Source: an uncultured Gammaproteobacteria bacterium
Lineage (GTDB): Bacteria; Pseudomonadota; Gammaproteobacteria; CAWJOP01
Reading direction: 5' to 3'
Assembly (NCBI GenBank): GCA_963844535.1
Contig: CAWJOP010000008.1
Coordinates: 196,801 to 260,800 of the forward strand
DNA: 64,000 nt
Part shown: piece after piece, positions 31,035-39,634 of the stretch
Layout of the letters: every line of letters starts with the position of its first letter
Numbering within the stretch: position 1 is the first letter of the stretch
The notes under the pieces: model-generated
Told to the model about the DNA's origin: nothing
Database searches by the model: none
Seen by the model: only the letters and a program-made list of their open reading frames with translations
Made by a program: the position numbers and the translations under genes

Positions 31035-32693
31035 ATGGACATTATCAATATTAGCTTAGCTTTTCTCGAAGGATTTGCACTGATCATTTCGCCCTGTATT
31101 TTGCCTATTTTGCCGATTGTTTTAGCCGGCTCTTTGGTCGGCAGTAAAAAAAGGCCTCTAGGGATCATTGTAGGTTTTGTGATTACTTTTGCGCTATTTA
31201 CTTTTTTCTCGCGCAAACTCGTGCAGTATTCTGGTATCGACTTAAATTTTATTCGCTACTTTTCTTACGCTATTCTGCTATTACTTGCTATCGTGATTTT
31301 ATCCAACAAGCTCACAGAAAAATTTAGTCAATTCACCCAAAAATTTGCTAATACTGGATTAACCTTATCTTTCGTTAACAATCCACAAGGTGGTTTTATT
31401 AGCGGTACGCTATTCGGTGGGCTAGTAGCAATCATTTGGACTCCTTGTGCAGGACCAATTTTAGCTGCAGTTATTGTGCAAACTGTGGTGCAAAAAACCA
31501 ATATTATGAGTTTTCTAACTTTGCTTGCTTTTGCTTTTGGTGCAGCTGTTCCTATGTTAATCATTGCATTTTTTGGCAGAAGCATCATAACTAAATTTAA
31601 TTTTTTCAAAAGCCACTCATTATTATGGCGAAAAATTTTGGGCAGCATCATCATTTTAGCGGTTATTTTCATGATAACTTCCGAGCAAAAATTACCTAAT
31701 TTATTTGCAGCGCCAATCAATCAGCAATCTAGCAATCAACCCACCTTAAATCATTTACAAAATAGCTTACTAACTTCTTATCCAGAACCTGAAATTTCTG
31801 GCATTACTGCTTGGCTTAATTCAGCACCATTACAATTAAAAGATTTGCGTGGCAAAGTGGTGTTAATTGATTTTTGGACTTATTCTTGCATCAATTGTAT
31901 TCGTACGCTTCCTTATCTAAAGGATTGGTATAACAAATATCATTCAGCCGGTTTGGTGATCATTGGCGTGCATACTCCAGAGTTTGATTTTGAAAAAAAT
32001 TTGAATAATGTAAAGAATGCAGTAGAAAAATTTGGTATTAAATATCCTGTTGCGCTCGATAATCAATTCGTAACCTGGCAAAACTTCAACAACGCATTTT
32101 GGCCAGCACATTATTTGATCAATCGTGAGGGGAATGTGGTATACACACATTTCGGCGAGGGGGAATATGCTACCACTGAAAACAATATTCGCTTTTTACT
32201 TGGGATAAAAGCTCCTCTATCATCCAATCAAGCCGCAGAAGAACCATTTTCGTTTACAGAAACTCCAGAAACTTATTTAGGTTACGAAAGAGCTAATAGT
32301 TTTGCCAGTCCAGAAGATGTCATCCATGATCAAAAAACTTTTTATACTCTACCAAAAACACTACCTCTCCACAATTTTGCATTATATGGTAACTGGATTA
32401 TCAGGCCAGACAGAATTATCGCTGCTCAAGATAATGCTGTTTTAAAAATTCATTTTCGTGCACGTAAAGTATTTATGGTGATGGGTAGCACAACACCAAC
32501 ATCTATAGAGTTATTATTAAATGACAAAAAAGTTACCAGTGAAAAAGGCAAAGACGTAGTTAATAGTTACATTACAGTTACTGCACACCGGCTGTATGAA
32601 GCAATTACACTGCCACAAGCACAGGAAGGAGTTTTGCAAATCACTTCATCAAAGCCTGGATTAGAGTTGTATACATTTACCTTTGGCGAATAA
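31035..32693 (+). CDS. CcdA/DsbD-like transmembrane thiol-disulfide transporter fused to a periplasmic thioredoxin (TlpA/ResA-like) domain
   Basis: 552 aa. The N-terminal membrane domain has the Cys pair LIISPCILPIL and WTPCAGPIL (CcdA/DsbD family). The middle domain has a thioredoxin CxxC, DFWTYSCINCIRTLPYL. A C-terminal ~150 aa have no recognised domain. Confidence 0.75.
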   Translation: MDIINISLAFLEGFALIISPCILPILPIVLAGSLVGSKKRPLGIIVGFVITFALFTFFSRKLVQYSGIDLNFIRYFSYAILLLLAIVILSNKLTEKFSQFTQKFANTGLTLSFVNNPQGGFISGTLFGGLVAIIWTPCAGPILAAVIVQTVVQKTNIMSFLTLLAFAFGAAVPMLIIAFFGRSIITKFNFFKSHSLLWRKILGSIIILAVIFMITSEQKLPNLFAAPINQQSSNQPTLNHLQNSLLTSYPEPEISGITAWLNSAPLQLKDLRGKVVLIDFWTYSCINCIRTLPYLKDWYNKYHSAGLVIIGVHTPEFDFEKNLNNVKNAVEKFGIKYPVALDNQFVTWQNFNNAFWPAHYLINREGNVVYTHFGEGEYATTENNIRFLLGIKAPLSSNQAAEEPFSFTETPETYLGYERANSFASPEDVIHDQKTFYTLPKTLPLHNFALYGNWIIRPDRIIAAQDNAVLKIHFRARKVFMVMGSTTPTSIELLLNDKKVTSEKGKDVVNSYITVTAHRLYEAITLPQAQEGVLQITSSKPGLELYTFTFGE

Positions 32694-32708
32694 TAATTTT
32701 GGGGAGAA

Positions 32709-33590
32709 TTGAAAATGAAAACTACTTTAATTGGTCTTGGAAAAATGGGAACTGCCGTAGCTGAACGCTTACTTTCTGTTGGCCACGAAGTAAGAATCTA
32801 CAATAGAACCCAAACAAAGATGGAACCATTATTAGCGCTTGGCGCCATCGCCAGTGATTCTATCAACCAGGCAGTAAAAGATGCAGAGATCGTCATGACG
32901 GTATTACTAGATGATCAAGCTGTGTTAGATGTCACCAATGAACTTGTGCAAAATATGCGGCCCAATGCAATTCATATTGGATTAGCAACCATCTTGCCGG
33001 ACACTGCCAAAAACTTGGCGGAAAAACACAAATTACATAATAGTCACTATATTTCTGCGACTGTGTTAGGTGTTCCTGCTGTGGCAAAACAAGGAAAACT
33101 TACCACTTTTTGCGCTGGTAGTGATGCACAACTCACAAAGGTCATGCCACTATTAGAAGCCATTTCACAAGAAGTGATTGCATTAGGAGAACAAATTTTT
33201 GCGCCTAATGTCATGAAAATTTGCATGAATTACAGCTTAATCACCACGATTGAACTCATCAGCGAATTATATGTTTTCGCTGAAAAAAGTGGCCTTGCTA
33301 CTGAAGTCGTACAAACTGCACTACATAAAATATATGGACATCCAGCATTTAAACGCTATGTCGACAAAATCCATGAACGAAACTTTGATGAAGTTAACTT
33401 TGATATGATAGGCGGCAACAAAGACGTAAAAATTTTTCAAGAAGCATTTTACAAAGTTGGGCTCTCGCCTGAAATAGGCAATATAGTGCGCGCCCGCTTT
33501 GTTTCTGCCTTAGCACAGCAAATGTACAACAAAGACTGGAGCGGCATTTACGAAATCATACGCGCCGAAGCGGGGTTGGGGAGTAAGTAG
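32709..33590 (+). CDS. NAD(P)-binding oxidoreductase, 3-hydroxyisobutyrate/6-phosphogluconate dehydrogenase-like
   Basis: 293 aa with an N-terminal Rossmann GxGxxG, MKTTLIGLGKMGTAVAERLL, and a catalytic-domain pattern of the HIBADH family. Confidence 0.8.
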   Translation: MKMKTTLIGLGKMGTAVAERLLSVGHEVRIYNRTQTKMEPLLALGAIASDSINQAVKDAEIVMTVLLDDQAVLDVTNELVQNMRPNAIHIGLATILPDTAKNLAEKHKLHNSHYISATVLGVPAVAKQGKLTTFCAGSDAQLTKVMPLLEAISQEVIALGEQIFAPNVMKICMNYSLITTIELISELYVFAEKSGLATEVVQTALHKIYGHPAFKRYVDKIHERNFDEVNFDMIGGNKDVKIFQEAFYKVGLSPEIGNIVRARFVSALAQQMYNKDWSGIYEIIRAEAGLGSK

Positions 33591-33660
33591 CTAAAAACTT
33601 TGGGTATTACTAATGAATAAGCGCGCTTCGGCTAATGGGTCGCTTGAAAAATGTGGATAG

Positions 33661-34285
33661 GTGTCATTCCCGCGAAGGCGCACTAGTGTCCTGGAGAGCT
33701 GTAAATAGGCAAGCTGTTTTTCTGTAAAAAAATAAAAATATACATCCCCTCTCCCAGCCCCAAAGCATAAAAAAATCTTCGGGTTTTATCCTGGGAGAGG
33801 GCCAGGGTGAGGGAGATCAAATAAACTTTGCTATCTCTTCTCTAGTTCGGTTAAAACGGTATCTAATATTTCGTCCACATGATTGAACATTTCATTATTC
33901 CAAAAACGAACCACTTTATATCCTTGCTTTTCTAAAAATGCTGTACGTTTTTTATCATATCCCTGTGAAAACGCATGTTGACCACCGTCGAGTTCAACAA
34001 TTAATTTTTTATAATGGCAAATAAAATCAACAATGTAAGGGCTTATCATTTCTTGTCGCTTAAATTTATAGCCCTTTAATCTTCTATTTCTTAAAAAGTA
34101 CCACAATTGAGTTTCTGCTTCAGTTGCTTTTTTTCTTAGTACCTTCGCATGATTTATTGGTTGTACCATTTTGTGGTTTCCCCTCACCCTGGCCCTCTCC
34201 CAGAATAAAACCCGAAGATTTTTTTATGCTTTGGGGCTGGGAGAGGGGATGTATATTTTTATTTTTTTACAGAAAAACAGCTTGC
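33661..34285. mobile_element. family B palindromic element with ~105-bp terminal inverted repeats that carries a single DUF559 endonuclease gene
   Basis: The left arm is GCAAGCTGTTTTTCTGTAAAAAAATAAAAATATACATCCCCTCTCCCAGCCCCAAAGCATAAAAAAATCTTCGGGTTTTATCCTGGGAGAGGGCCAGGGTGAGGGAG. The right arm at 34178-34285 is its near-exact reverse complement, and each arm has its own internal hairpin. The arms are homologous to the cargo-less copy at 18080..18405. Confidence 0.65.
33831..34169 (-). CDS. DUF559 (restriction-endonuclease-like/Vsr-like fold) protein encoded inside the family B element
   Basis: 112 aa from the ATG at 34167-34169: MVQPINHAKVLRKKATEAETQLWYFLRNRRLKGYKFKRQEMISPYIVDFICHYKKLIVELDGGQHA...KQGYKVVRFWNNEM. 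This matches the conserved core of DUF559 proteins (YIVDF.C...LIVELDG..H, VLRFWN). The start abuts the right terminal repeat. Confidence 0.75.
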   Translation of the reverse strand: MVQPINHAKVLRKKATEAETQLWYFLRNRRLKGYKFKRQEMISPYIVDFICHYKKLIVELDGGQHAFSQGYDKKRTAFLEKQGYKVVRFWNNEMFNHVDEILDTVLTELEKR

Positions 34286-34441
34286 TACATTTTTAATCTG
34301 TTGTTCATCAACAATTTGTGGTTTTGCAGTCATATCGTTATAAAATCCTTTTGCTCTTGCGTTTTTACAGTAAATAGTGGATAAAACTAATTATTATTCT
34401 GCCCATTATATAAAAGTCATTTGCACTAATCGAACATCACT

Positions 34442-35257
34442 ATGGCAAAACCTATCTACGACACTATTGGCAAAAGTTATGATAACACGCGTCAAGCTGA
34501 CCCAGAGATTGTTAAAAAATTGCTGGAATTACTTGGCCCAATAGAAAAAGGAAAATATTTAGATCTTGGTTGCGGTTCTGGCAATTATACGGGTGCTTTA
34601 GCTGCAATGGGATTAACCATTGAAGGGGTTGATCTTTCTCTTGAAATGTTAACAAAAGCGAAAACTAAATACCCTAATGTTTTGTTCCATCAAGGTGATG
34701 CAAAGCAATTAGCTTTTCAAGATAATTCATTCAATGGTGCAGTATCTATTTTAGCTACTCATCATATTGGCGATAATTCTAAACTATTTCACCAAGCTTA
34801 TCGCATTATTAAGCAGGGACGACTGGTAATTTTTACTGCCACTCCTGAACAAATGCAGCATTATTGGCTTTGGCATTATTTTCCTAAAATGATGCAAGGT
34901 TCTGCTGCCATTATGACAAGTTTTGACAAATTAAAAGCAACATTAGAACAAGCTGGATTTAGCTCAATTGAAAAATATCCTTTCTTTATCTCCAATCAAC
35001 TACAAGATTGGTTTTTGCATTCTGGTAAATACCGTCCTGAAATATATCTTGATGAAAAAGTACGCGCAGGAATTTCATCATTTCAACTATTTGCTAACTC
35101 AGCTGAATTGACCCAGGGGCTAAAACAACTTAAAGCTGATATTGACTCAGGTGAAATTGATAAAGTCATTGCGCACTATGCAAGCGATGAAAGCGATTAT
35201 TTGTTTATTTCTGCTGAAAAAAGTGTAGTATTTATCGATGGCTTTAGTCTCATGTAA
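34442..35257 (+). CDS. class I SAM-dependent methyltransferase
   Basis: 271 aa with motif I LDLGCGSGNYTGALA and a post-I acidic residue GVDLSLEML. Its TAA stop lies within the terminus of the family C element. Confidence 0.8.
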   Translation: MAKPIYDTIGKSYDNTRQADPEIVKKLLELLGPIEKGKYLDLGCGSGNYTGALAAMGLTIEGVDLSLEMLTKAKTKYPNVLFHQGDAKQLAFQDNSFNGAVSILATHHIGDNSKLFHQAYRIIKQGRLVIFTATPEQMQHYWLWHYFPKMMQGSAAIMTSFDKLKATLEQAGFSSIEKYPFFISNQLQDWFLHSGKYRPEIYLDEKVRAGISSFQLFANSAELTQGLKQLKADIDSGEIDKVIAHYASDESDYLFISAEKSVVFIDGFSLM

Positions 35258-35410
35258 AAGCTTAGTCTCTCCCGTGAGGCCGTCATTGCGAGGCTTGAGT
35301 TTTTTGCAAGCCGAAGCAATCCAGCAAAGAAATTTAAGCATTTTTACTGGATTGCCGCGCGCATCCTGCGCTCGCAATGACGGCCTCACGGGAGAGGCTG
35401 AGCTTTTACA
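35258..35410. repeat. family C palindromic element, most complete copy (~150 bp, ~33-bp terminal inverted repeats)
   Basis: GCTTAGTCTCTCCCGTGAGGCCGTCATTGCGAGG..GCCGAAGCAATCCAGC..GCTGGATTGCCGCGCGCATCCTGCGCTCGCAATGACGGCCTCACGGGAGAGGCTGAGC. It sits between the methyltransferase stop and the EamA gene start. The internal ORFs at 35147..35389 and 35238..35459 are artefacts of the palindrome. Confidence 0.6.
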
Positions 35411-35431
35411 GTCTTATTTGGAAAATTTGTT

Positions 35432-36313
35432 ATGTTGGCTTATCTTTTTCTCTTTTTAGCACAAATCATGGTTGGTATTAGTGTAGTGGGCTCAAAGTAT
35501 TTGATTGCATTCATGCCTGCTATGGTTTTATTAACCGTACGATTTAGTTTAGCAACATTGGTTTTATTCCTTTTACACTATCTGTGTAATGGTCATACCA
35601 GCTCCATTCGCGTCGATCTGGAAAAGTTAAATAAAAAAGATTGGCAATTCATTTTTGCCGAAGCTTTATGTGCCGGTGTGCTATTTAATTTTTTAATGCT
35701 ATTAGGTTTAAATTATACAGATGCTAATGTAGCTGGCATTATCATGAGCGCCTTGCCGGCTCTTATTGCCGTTTTCTCTTTTGCAATTTTGAAAAAAAAA
35801 CTTTCCACTAAAAAATGCTTTGCAATTGCATTAGCTACTCTTGGTTTATTAGTCGTTAGTACCAACGAGTTTTGCCATGCACAGATAAAACACTCCATTT
35901 TAGGCAATTTAATTATTTTTCTATCGTTAATGCCAGAAGCGGCCTACTATATCTTAAGTAAATTACACCCTAATAAATTACCCATTTTTCTAGTCGCTGG
36001 ATTAATGAATGGTATCAATGCGATTTTATTGCTACCTACTTTAGTTTTATATTCAAACTGGCAAATAGCTCATTTTTCGCTGCTACAATGGACAATTTTA
36101 GGGTTGGTAAGTATTGCTTCTGGGTTATTTTATGTTTTTTGGTATGCAGGTTCTCACAAAACAGAAGGTGTCACTGCTTCACTTTCCACTGCTTTGATGC
36201 CTATAGCAACAGTCATTATTGCTTGGGTAACATTAGGAGAAGCAATTAATATGATTCAATTAGCAGGAATGGGGCTAGTGATAGCTTCAATTGTTACTTA
36301 TACCTTTTCATAA
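35432..36313 (+). CDS. EamA/DMT-family drug-metabolite transporter
   Basis: 293 aa with 10 TM helices in two EamA repeats. Confidence 0.8.
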   Translation: MLAYLFLFLAQIMVGISVVGSKYLIAFMPAMVLLTVRFSLATLVLFLLHYLCNGHTSSIRVDLEKLNKKDWQFIFAEALCAGVLFNFLMLLGLNYTDANVAGIIMSALPALIAVFSFAILKKKLSTKKCFAIALATLGLLVVSTNEFCHAQIKHSILGNLIIFLSLMPEAAYYILSKLHPNKLPIFLVAGLMNGINAILLLPTLVLYSNWQIAHFSLLQWTILGLVSIASGLFYVFWYAGSHKTEGVTASLSTALMPIATVIIAWVTLGEAINMIQLAGMGLVIASIVTYTFS

Positions 36314-36328
36314 ATTAAGAAAACTATT

Positions 36329-36664
36329 ATGACTATCTCTTACGATGACTTTGCAAAAGTAGATATACGATTAGGCACTATAATTAAGGCGGAACCTTTT
36401 CCAAGAGCAAAAAAACCTAGCTTTAAAATATGGGTTGATTTTGGCGAAGCTATTGGGATTAAACAAACCTCCGCACAAGTGACAGCACATTACACTCCTG
36501 ATTTTTTATTAGGAAAACAAGTAGCTGGCTGTATCAATCTAGAAGCTAAAAATATTGCAGGATTTCTTTCCGAATTTTTGCTACTCGGATTTGAAGACGA
36601 AAATGGCGCTATTTGCCTAGTTTCAGTTGATCCTAAAGCGCCGAACGGAGGGAAAATGTGTTAA
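36329..36664 (+). CDS. tRNA-binding domain protein (CsaA/YgjH-like, EMAP/Myf domain)
   Basis: 111 aa. FAKVDIRLGTIIKAEPFPRAKKPSFKIWVDFGE.. is a typical OB-fold tRNA-binding domain. Confidence 0.8.
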   Translation: MTISYDDFAKVDIRLGTIIKAEPFPRAKKPSFKIWVDFGEAIGIKQTSAQVTAHYTPDFLLGKQVAGCINLEAKNIAGFLSEFLLLGFEDENGAICLVSVDPKAPNGGKMC

Positions 36665-36699
36665 GCATTTTTGGCAATCTCAAGTTGAGAAAGATTCTC

Positions 36700-36750
36700 T
36701 TCTTGCCTACGTGCCGCGGCACGTAGGCGGTGAGTACGGGGCCATCGGCG
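36700..36750. repeat. short family A REP-like palindrome (CCTACGTGCCGCGGCACGTAGG) between convergent genes
   Basis: A perfect 22-bp palindrome followed by CGGTGAGTACGGGGCCATCGGCGG. It shares the ACGTGCCGC core with the other family A copies. Confidence 0.4.
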
Positions 36751-36778
36751 GTGTAAGAGGCAATCAGTTACAAAAATT

Positions 36779-37201
36779 CTATTCCACTCGTTGATAATAA
36801 TCAGCACCAGTTATATTCGCATCCCAGTTTTTATGCGCGGGATCTTTTGCCTGCATCGCATCTAACCAAAGTGTTGCAAGCTCATCACGATTTGCGCTCA
36901 AATGACCAGTCATCGCAACTACTTGCTTGCAGTGTGGAAAATTAACTGTTATTGCAATGGCATTCCCATTAAAAAAACCACTGATAGGCATTGGCACATT
37001 CACATCAGCCTTGCAATTACCAACGGCCGTGGTAAATGTACCACTTAATGTCCCTGTTTCTTTGGTTTCCGCATGCCAAATTAGTGTTAGCACCGAACCG
37101 CGTTGATTTTTATAAGTAACTGTTTGCTCTGCAGCAGCAAAAGCACAGTGACTCACAAAAAATATGGCAAAAACTAGGAAAATCTTTTTGGTTGTATTCA
37201 T
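36779..37201 (-). CDS. secreted avidin/streptavidin-family protein
   Basis: There is an ATG at 37199-37201 with an AAGGAGA RBS and a signal peptide (MNTTKKIFLVFAIFFVSHCAFAAA). The mature part matches the avidin fold (YKNQRGSVLTL.., GTLSGTFTTAVGN vs streptavidin GALTGTYESAVGN; ..VVAMTGHL.., LATLWLD). The track ORF is 5'-extended to 37258. Confidence 0.55.
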   Translation of the reverse strand: MNTTKKIFLVFAIFFVSHCAFAAAEQTVTYKNQRGSVLTLIWHAETKETGTLSGTFTTAVGNCKADVNVPMPISGFFNGNAIAITVNFPHCKQVVAMTGHLSANRDELATLWLDAMQAKDPAHKNWDANITGADYYQRVE

Positions 37202-37298
37202 AGATATATCTCCTTTATATAAAAAATCGATTCTGTCATTTTTTTCTACATTAATCACTAGGAAAACTCCTAGGTTTTTATAGCAGTTTTCATAATAA

Positions 37299-38501
37299 TC
37301 AGAAATTATTAACTAACTTATCATGCGCTATGTATCTACTCAATAGTGAAAACAAAGCAAATCCTAGTATGACAAATGCTAACAACAAAGAAGTAGCAGA
37401 ATGAAATGCAATAACTAAACAGCTGCTCAATGTGGCAAACAAAAATCGTAAAAAATTAAATAATGCTGCTCCAGCACCAGCATAATGCGGAATCGGTTGC
37501 AATGCTTTAGTCGCACCGGCTGAAATAACTATCGCAATACCAAATTCACAGATTATTTGCGGCATGACTATTGCCAACGCATCAAGTGGATATAGATATG
37601 ACATCACTACCATTATGATTGCACCACTTATCAGACTGATGCTGCCAATAAGATACATGAAATTTATACCAACAAAACATACTAATTTACCATTAACAAA
37701 AGCCCCTAACACATAACCAATCGCTGCTGTTGCAAATATCCAGCCGAATAATTCTGGCGAATAACTCATTAAATTAAGCAATATATAAGGAGCACCACTC
37801 ACATAAGCAAACAACGCACCAAAGGCCAACGCAGCACTTAAAGCATATCCGATATAATTTGGATCTCCCAATAAACATCGATAATCTAACCATAATCGTT
37901 TAAAAAAATTTGTTGAGCTCCCTCGATACTGATTGGTTTCCGGTAGATACCAATAACACCATAACCACAAGATTAGCCCAAACAAAACTAATAGAATAAA
38001 ATCCCATCGCCAAGATAACTGTGCTTGAATATAGCCGCCTATGATTGGAGCGATAATAGGAGATAAGGCAACAACAGCACTCATATAAGCAATGTATTTA
38101 GCCAATTCTTTGCCTGTATACAAATCTCTAAGTATGGCAAACGTCAATATGGCGCTTCCCGCGCCCAATGCCTGTAAACACCTTGCAACAATAAGCATTT
38201 TTATACTGGTAGAAAATGCACAAAGCAGTGTCGCTAGAATATAAATAAAAAGATTTAGCAAACAAACCGGTTTTCGCCCAAAACAATCTGATAAAGATCC
38301 ATAGATAAGTTGAATAATGCCAAAAGTAAAAAAATATCCTGTTAAAGTCAGTTGCACCTGTGTCGTGCTTACATGAAAAAAATTTCCAATCTCACTGAGT
38401 GAAGGTAAATAAATATCAGTTGATAGAATTGGCAGAGCAAGTAGCCAAGTCAGCAATAAGATGATGAAAAATTGGCTTGAATTCCAATTGCACACGTTCA
38501 A
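37299..38501 (-). CDS. MFS transporter, DHA1 (Bcr/CflA-like) drug:H+ antiporter family
   Basis: 400 aa with 12 TM helices and motif A GSLSDCFGRKPV. Confidence 0.8.
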   Translation of the reverse strand: MNVCNWNSSQFFIILLLTWLLALPILSTDIYLPSLSEIGNFFHVSTTQVQLTLTGYFFTFGIIQLIYGSLSDCFGRKPVCLLNLFIYILATLLCAFSTSIKMLIVARCLQALGAGSAILTFAILRDLYTGKELAKYIAYMSAVVALSPIIAPIIGGYIQAQLSWRWDFILLVLFGLILWLWCYWYLPETNQYRGSSTNFFKRLWLDYRCLLGDPNYIGYALSAALAFGALFAYVSGAPYILLNLMSYSPELFGWIFATAAIGYVLGAFVNGKLVCFVGINFMYLIGSISLISGAIIMVVMSYLYPLDALAIVMPQIICEFGIAIVISAGATKALQPIPHYAGAGAALFNFLRFLFATLSSCLVIAFHSATSLLLAFVILGFALFSLLSRYIAHDKLVNNF

Positions 38502-38588
38502 TAAATTTCCTTGAATAATAAGGAAATACTATAGATCTTAAATTAGCAGATTAAGTGCTAGGAAAATTACTAGTACGACAATATACAA

Positions 38589-39629
38589 CTAAATTTTTTC
38601 ATCAAACAACCAATCGATAAATCCATACTTTATTGCAGCTTGATAAAGCTCTGAACGCTTATGGCAATTGAGTTTTGTTTTAATATTGGCAAGATGAAAC
38701 TCACTGGTTTTTGCGGAAATTGATAATACACAACCAATTTCTTTGGCAGTTTTACCTTGTAAAAATTGTTTTAACACCCGTATCTCATGTGGCGTGAAAA
38801 CTGTATGTGCATAATGATAAGATTTTTCATCATGGGCTATTAATGGTTTTTCGCAACTAATTTCTAATAGATATTCGTAATACGGAAATATCATTTGTTT
38901 TGAATAATGATGCGCAGCTAAATAAGCGGCAACGGTATCTGCTAAAAAATTCCCTTGTTTTGCTAATGGGATTTGCTTGGGGTGTGATGCCCAAGTGCTA
39001 AACCACCCATGCAATGCGTCAGCATGTTCAAACAATGTTTGATAACGATCAATCTCTAGACGATGAACCATAAAACCAACATTGTGTAGCAAAGCACTTA
39101 TTTGACTTAAGGTATTTGCAGAATATGCTGGTGTAAAGTGGTTAAAGTATGATTTCCATTTTGATGTACTGGCTGTTTGATAAAGGAATCGATCATTTTT
39201 AAGTCTACCATGGGAAGCAAAAAATTGTAGGAAAGCTTTACCGCCTGGTTTTAGCGCACGATAAATGGCTTGTAATGCTTTAGTTTTATCGTTTATCCAA
39301 TGCAAACAACTAAAACTCACCACTGCATCAAACTGTGCAGTACAATCCAAATATAATGCATCTTGCGTAGCAAATGTAACATTTGGCAATTGATGGCTTT
39401 TAGCTCGCTCAATTTCACCATCGAGATTATCAATTGCAGTAAAACGTTGTTGCGGATAATTCTTTGCAAGATATGCAGTGATATTTCCTTGTCGACAACC
39501 AAGGTCTAACACGGTTTTAAATGACGTTAAATCAAATTTATGCGCAAACTGGCTACCCCAATGAAAAACAGGCGTGTTATGATTTTGCATATTACTAGCC
39601 ACTTTTTTAATTAGTGTTACTTTAATCAA
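38589..39629 (-). CDS. fusion of an N-terminal class I SAM methyltransferase domain and a C-terminal LuxR/GerE-type HTH domain
   Basis: 346 aa. The N-terminal part has VLDLGCRQGNITAYLA.., IDNLDGEIERA.., AVVSFSCLHWI. The C-terminal ~60 aa, EIRVLKQFLQGKTAKEIGCVLSISAKTSEFHLANIKTKLNCHKRSEL, is a LuxR-family HTH. Confidence 0.6.
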   Translation of the reverse strand: MIKVTLIKKVASNMQNHNTPVFHWGSQFAHKFDLTSFKTVLDLGCRQGNITAYLAKNYPQQRFTAIDNLDGEIERAKSHQLPNVTFATQDALYLDCTAQFDAVVSFSCLHWINDKTKALQAIYRALKPGGKAFLQFFASHGRLKNDRFLYQTASTSKWKSYFNHFTPAYSANTLSQISALLHNVGFMVHRLEIDRYQTLFEHADALHGWFSTWASHPKQIPLAKQGNFLADTVAAYLAAHHYSKQMIFPYYEYLLEISCEKPLIAHDEKSYHYAHTVFTPHEIRVLKQFLQGKTAKEIGCVLSISAKTSEFHLANIKTKLNCHKRSELYQAAIKYGFIDWLFDEKI

Positions 39630-39634
39630 ATTGA

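Noticed and set aside
35147-35459. ORFs 35147..35389 (-) and 35238..35459 (+) overlapping the family C palindrome
   Set aside because: They are mirror-image translations of an inverted repeat (both give ..ARNDGLTGE..). They are not independent genes.
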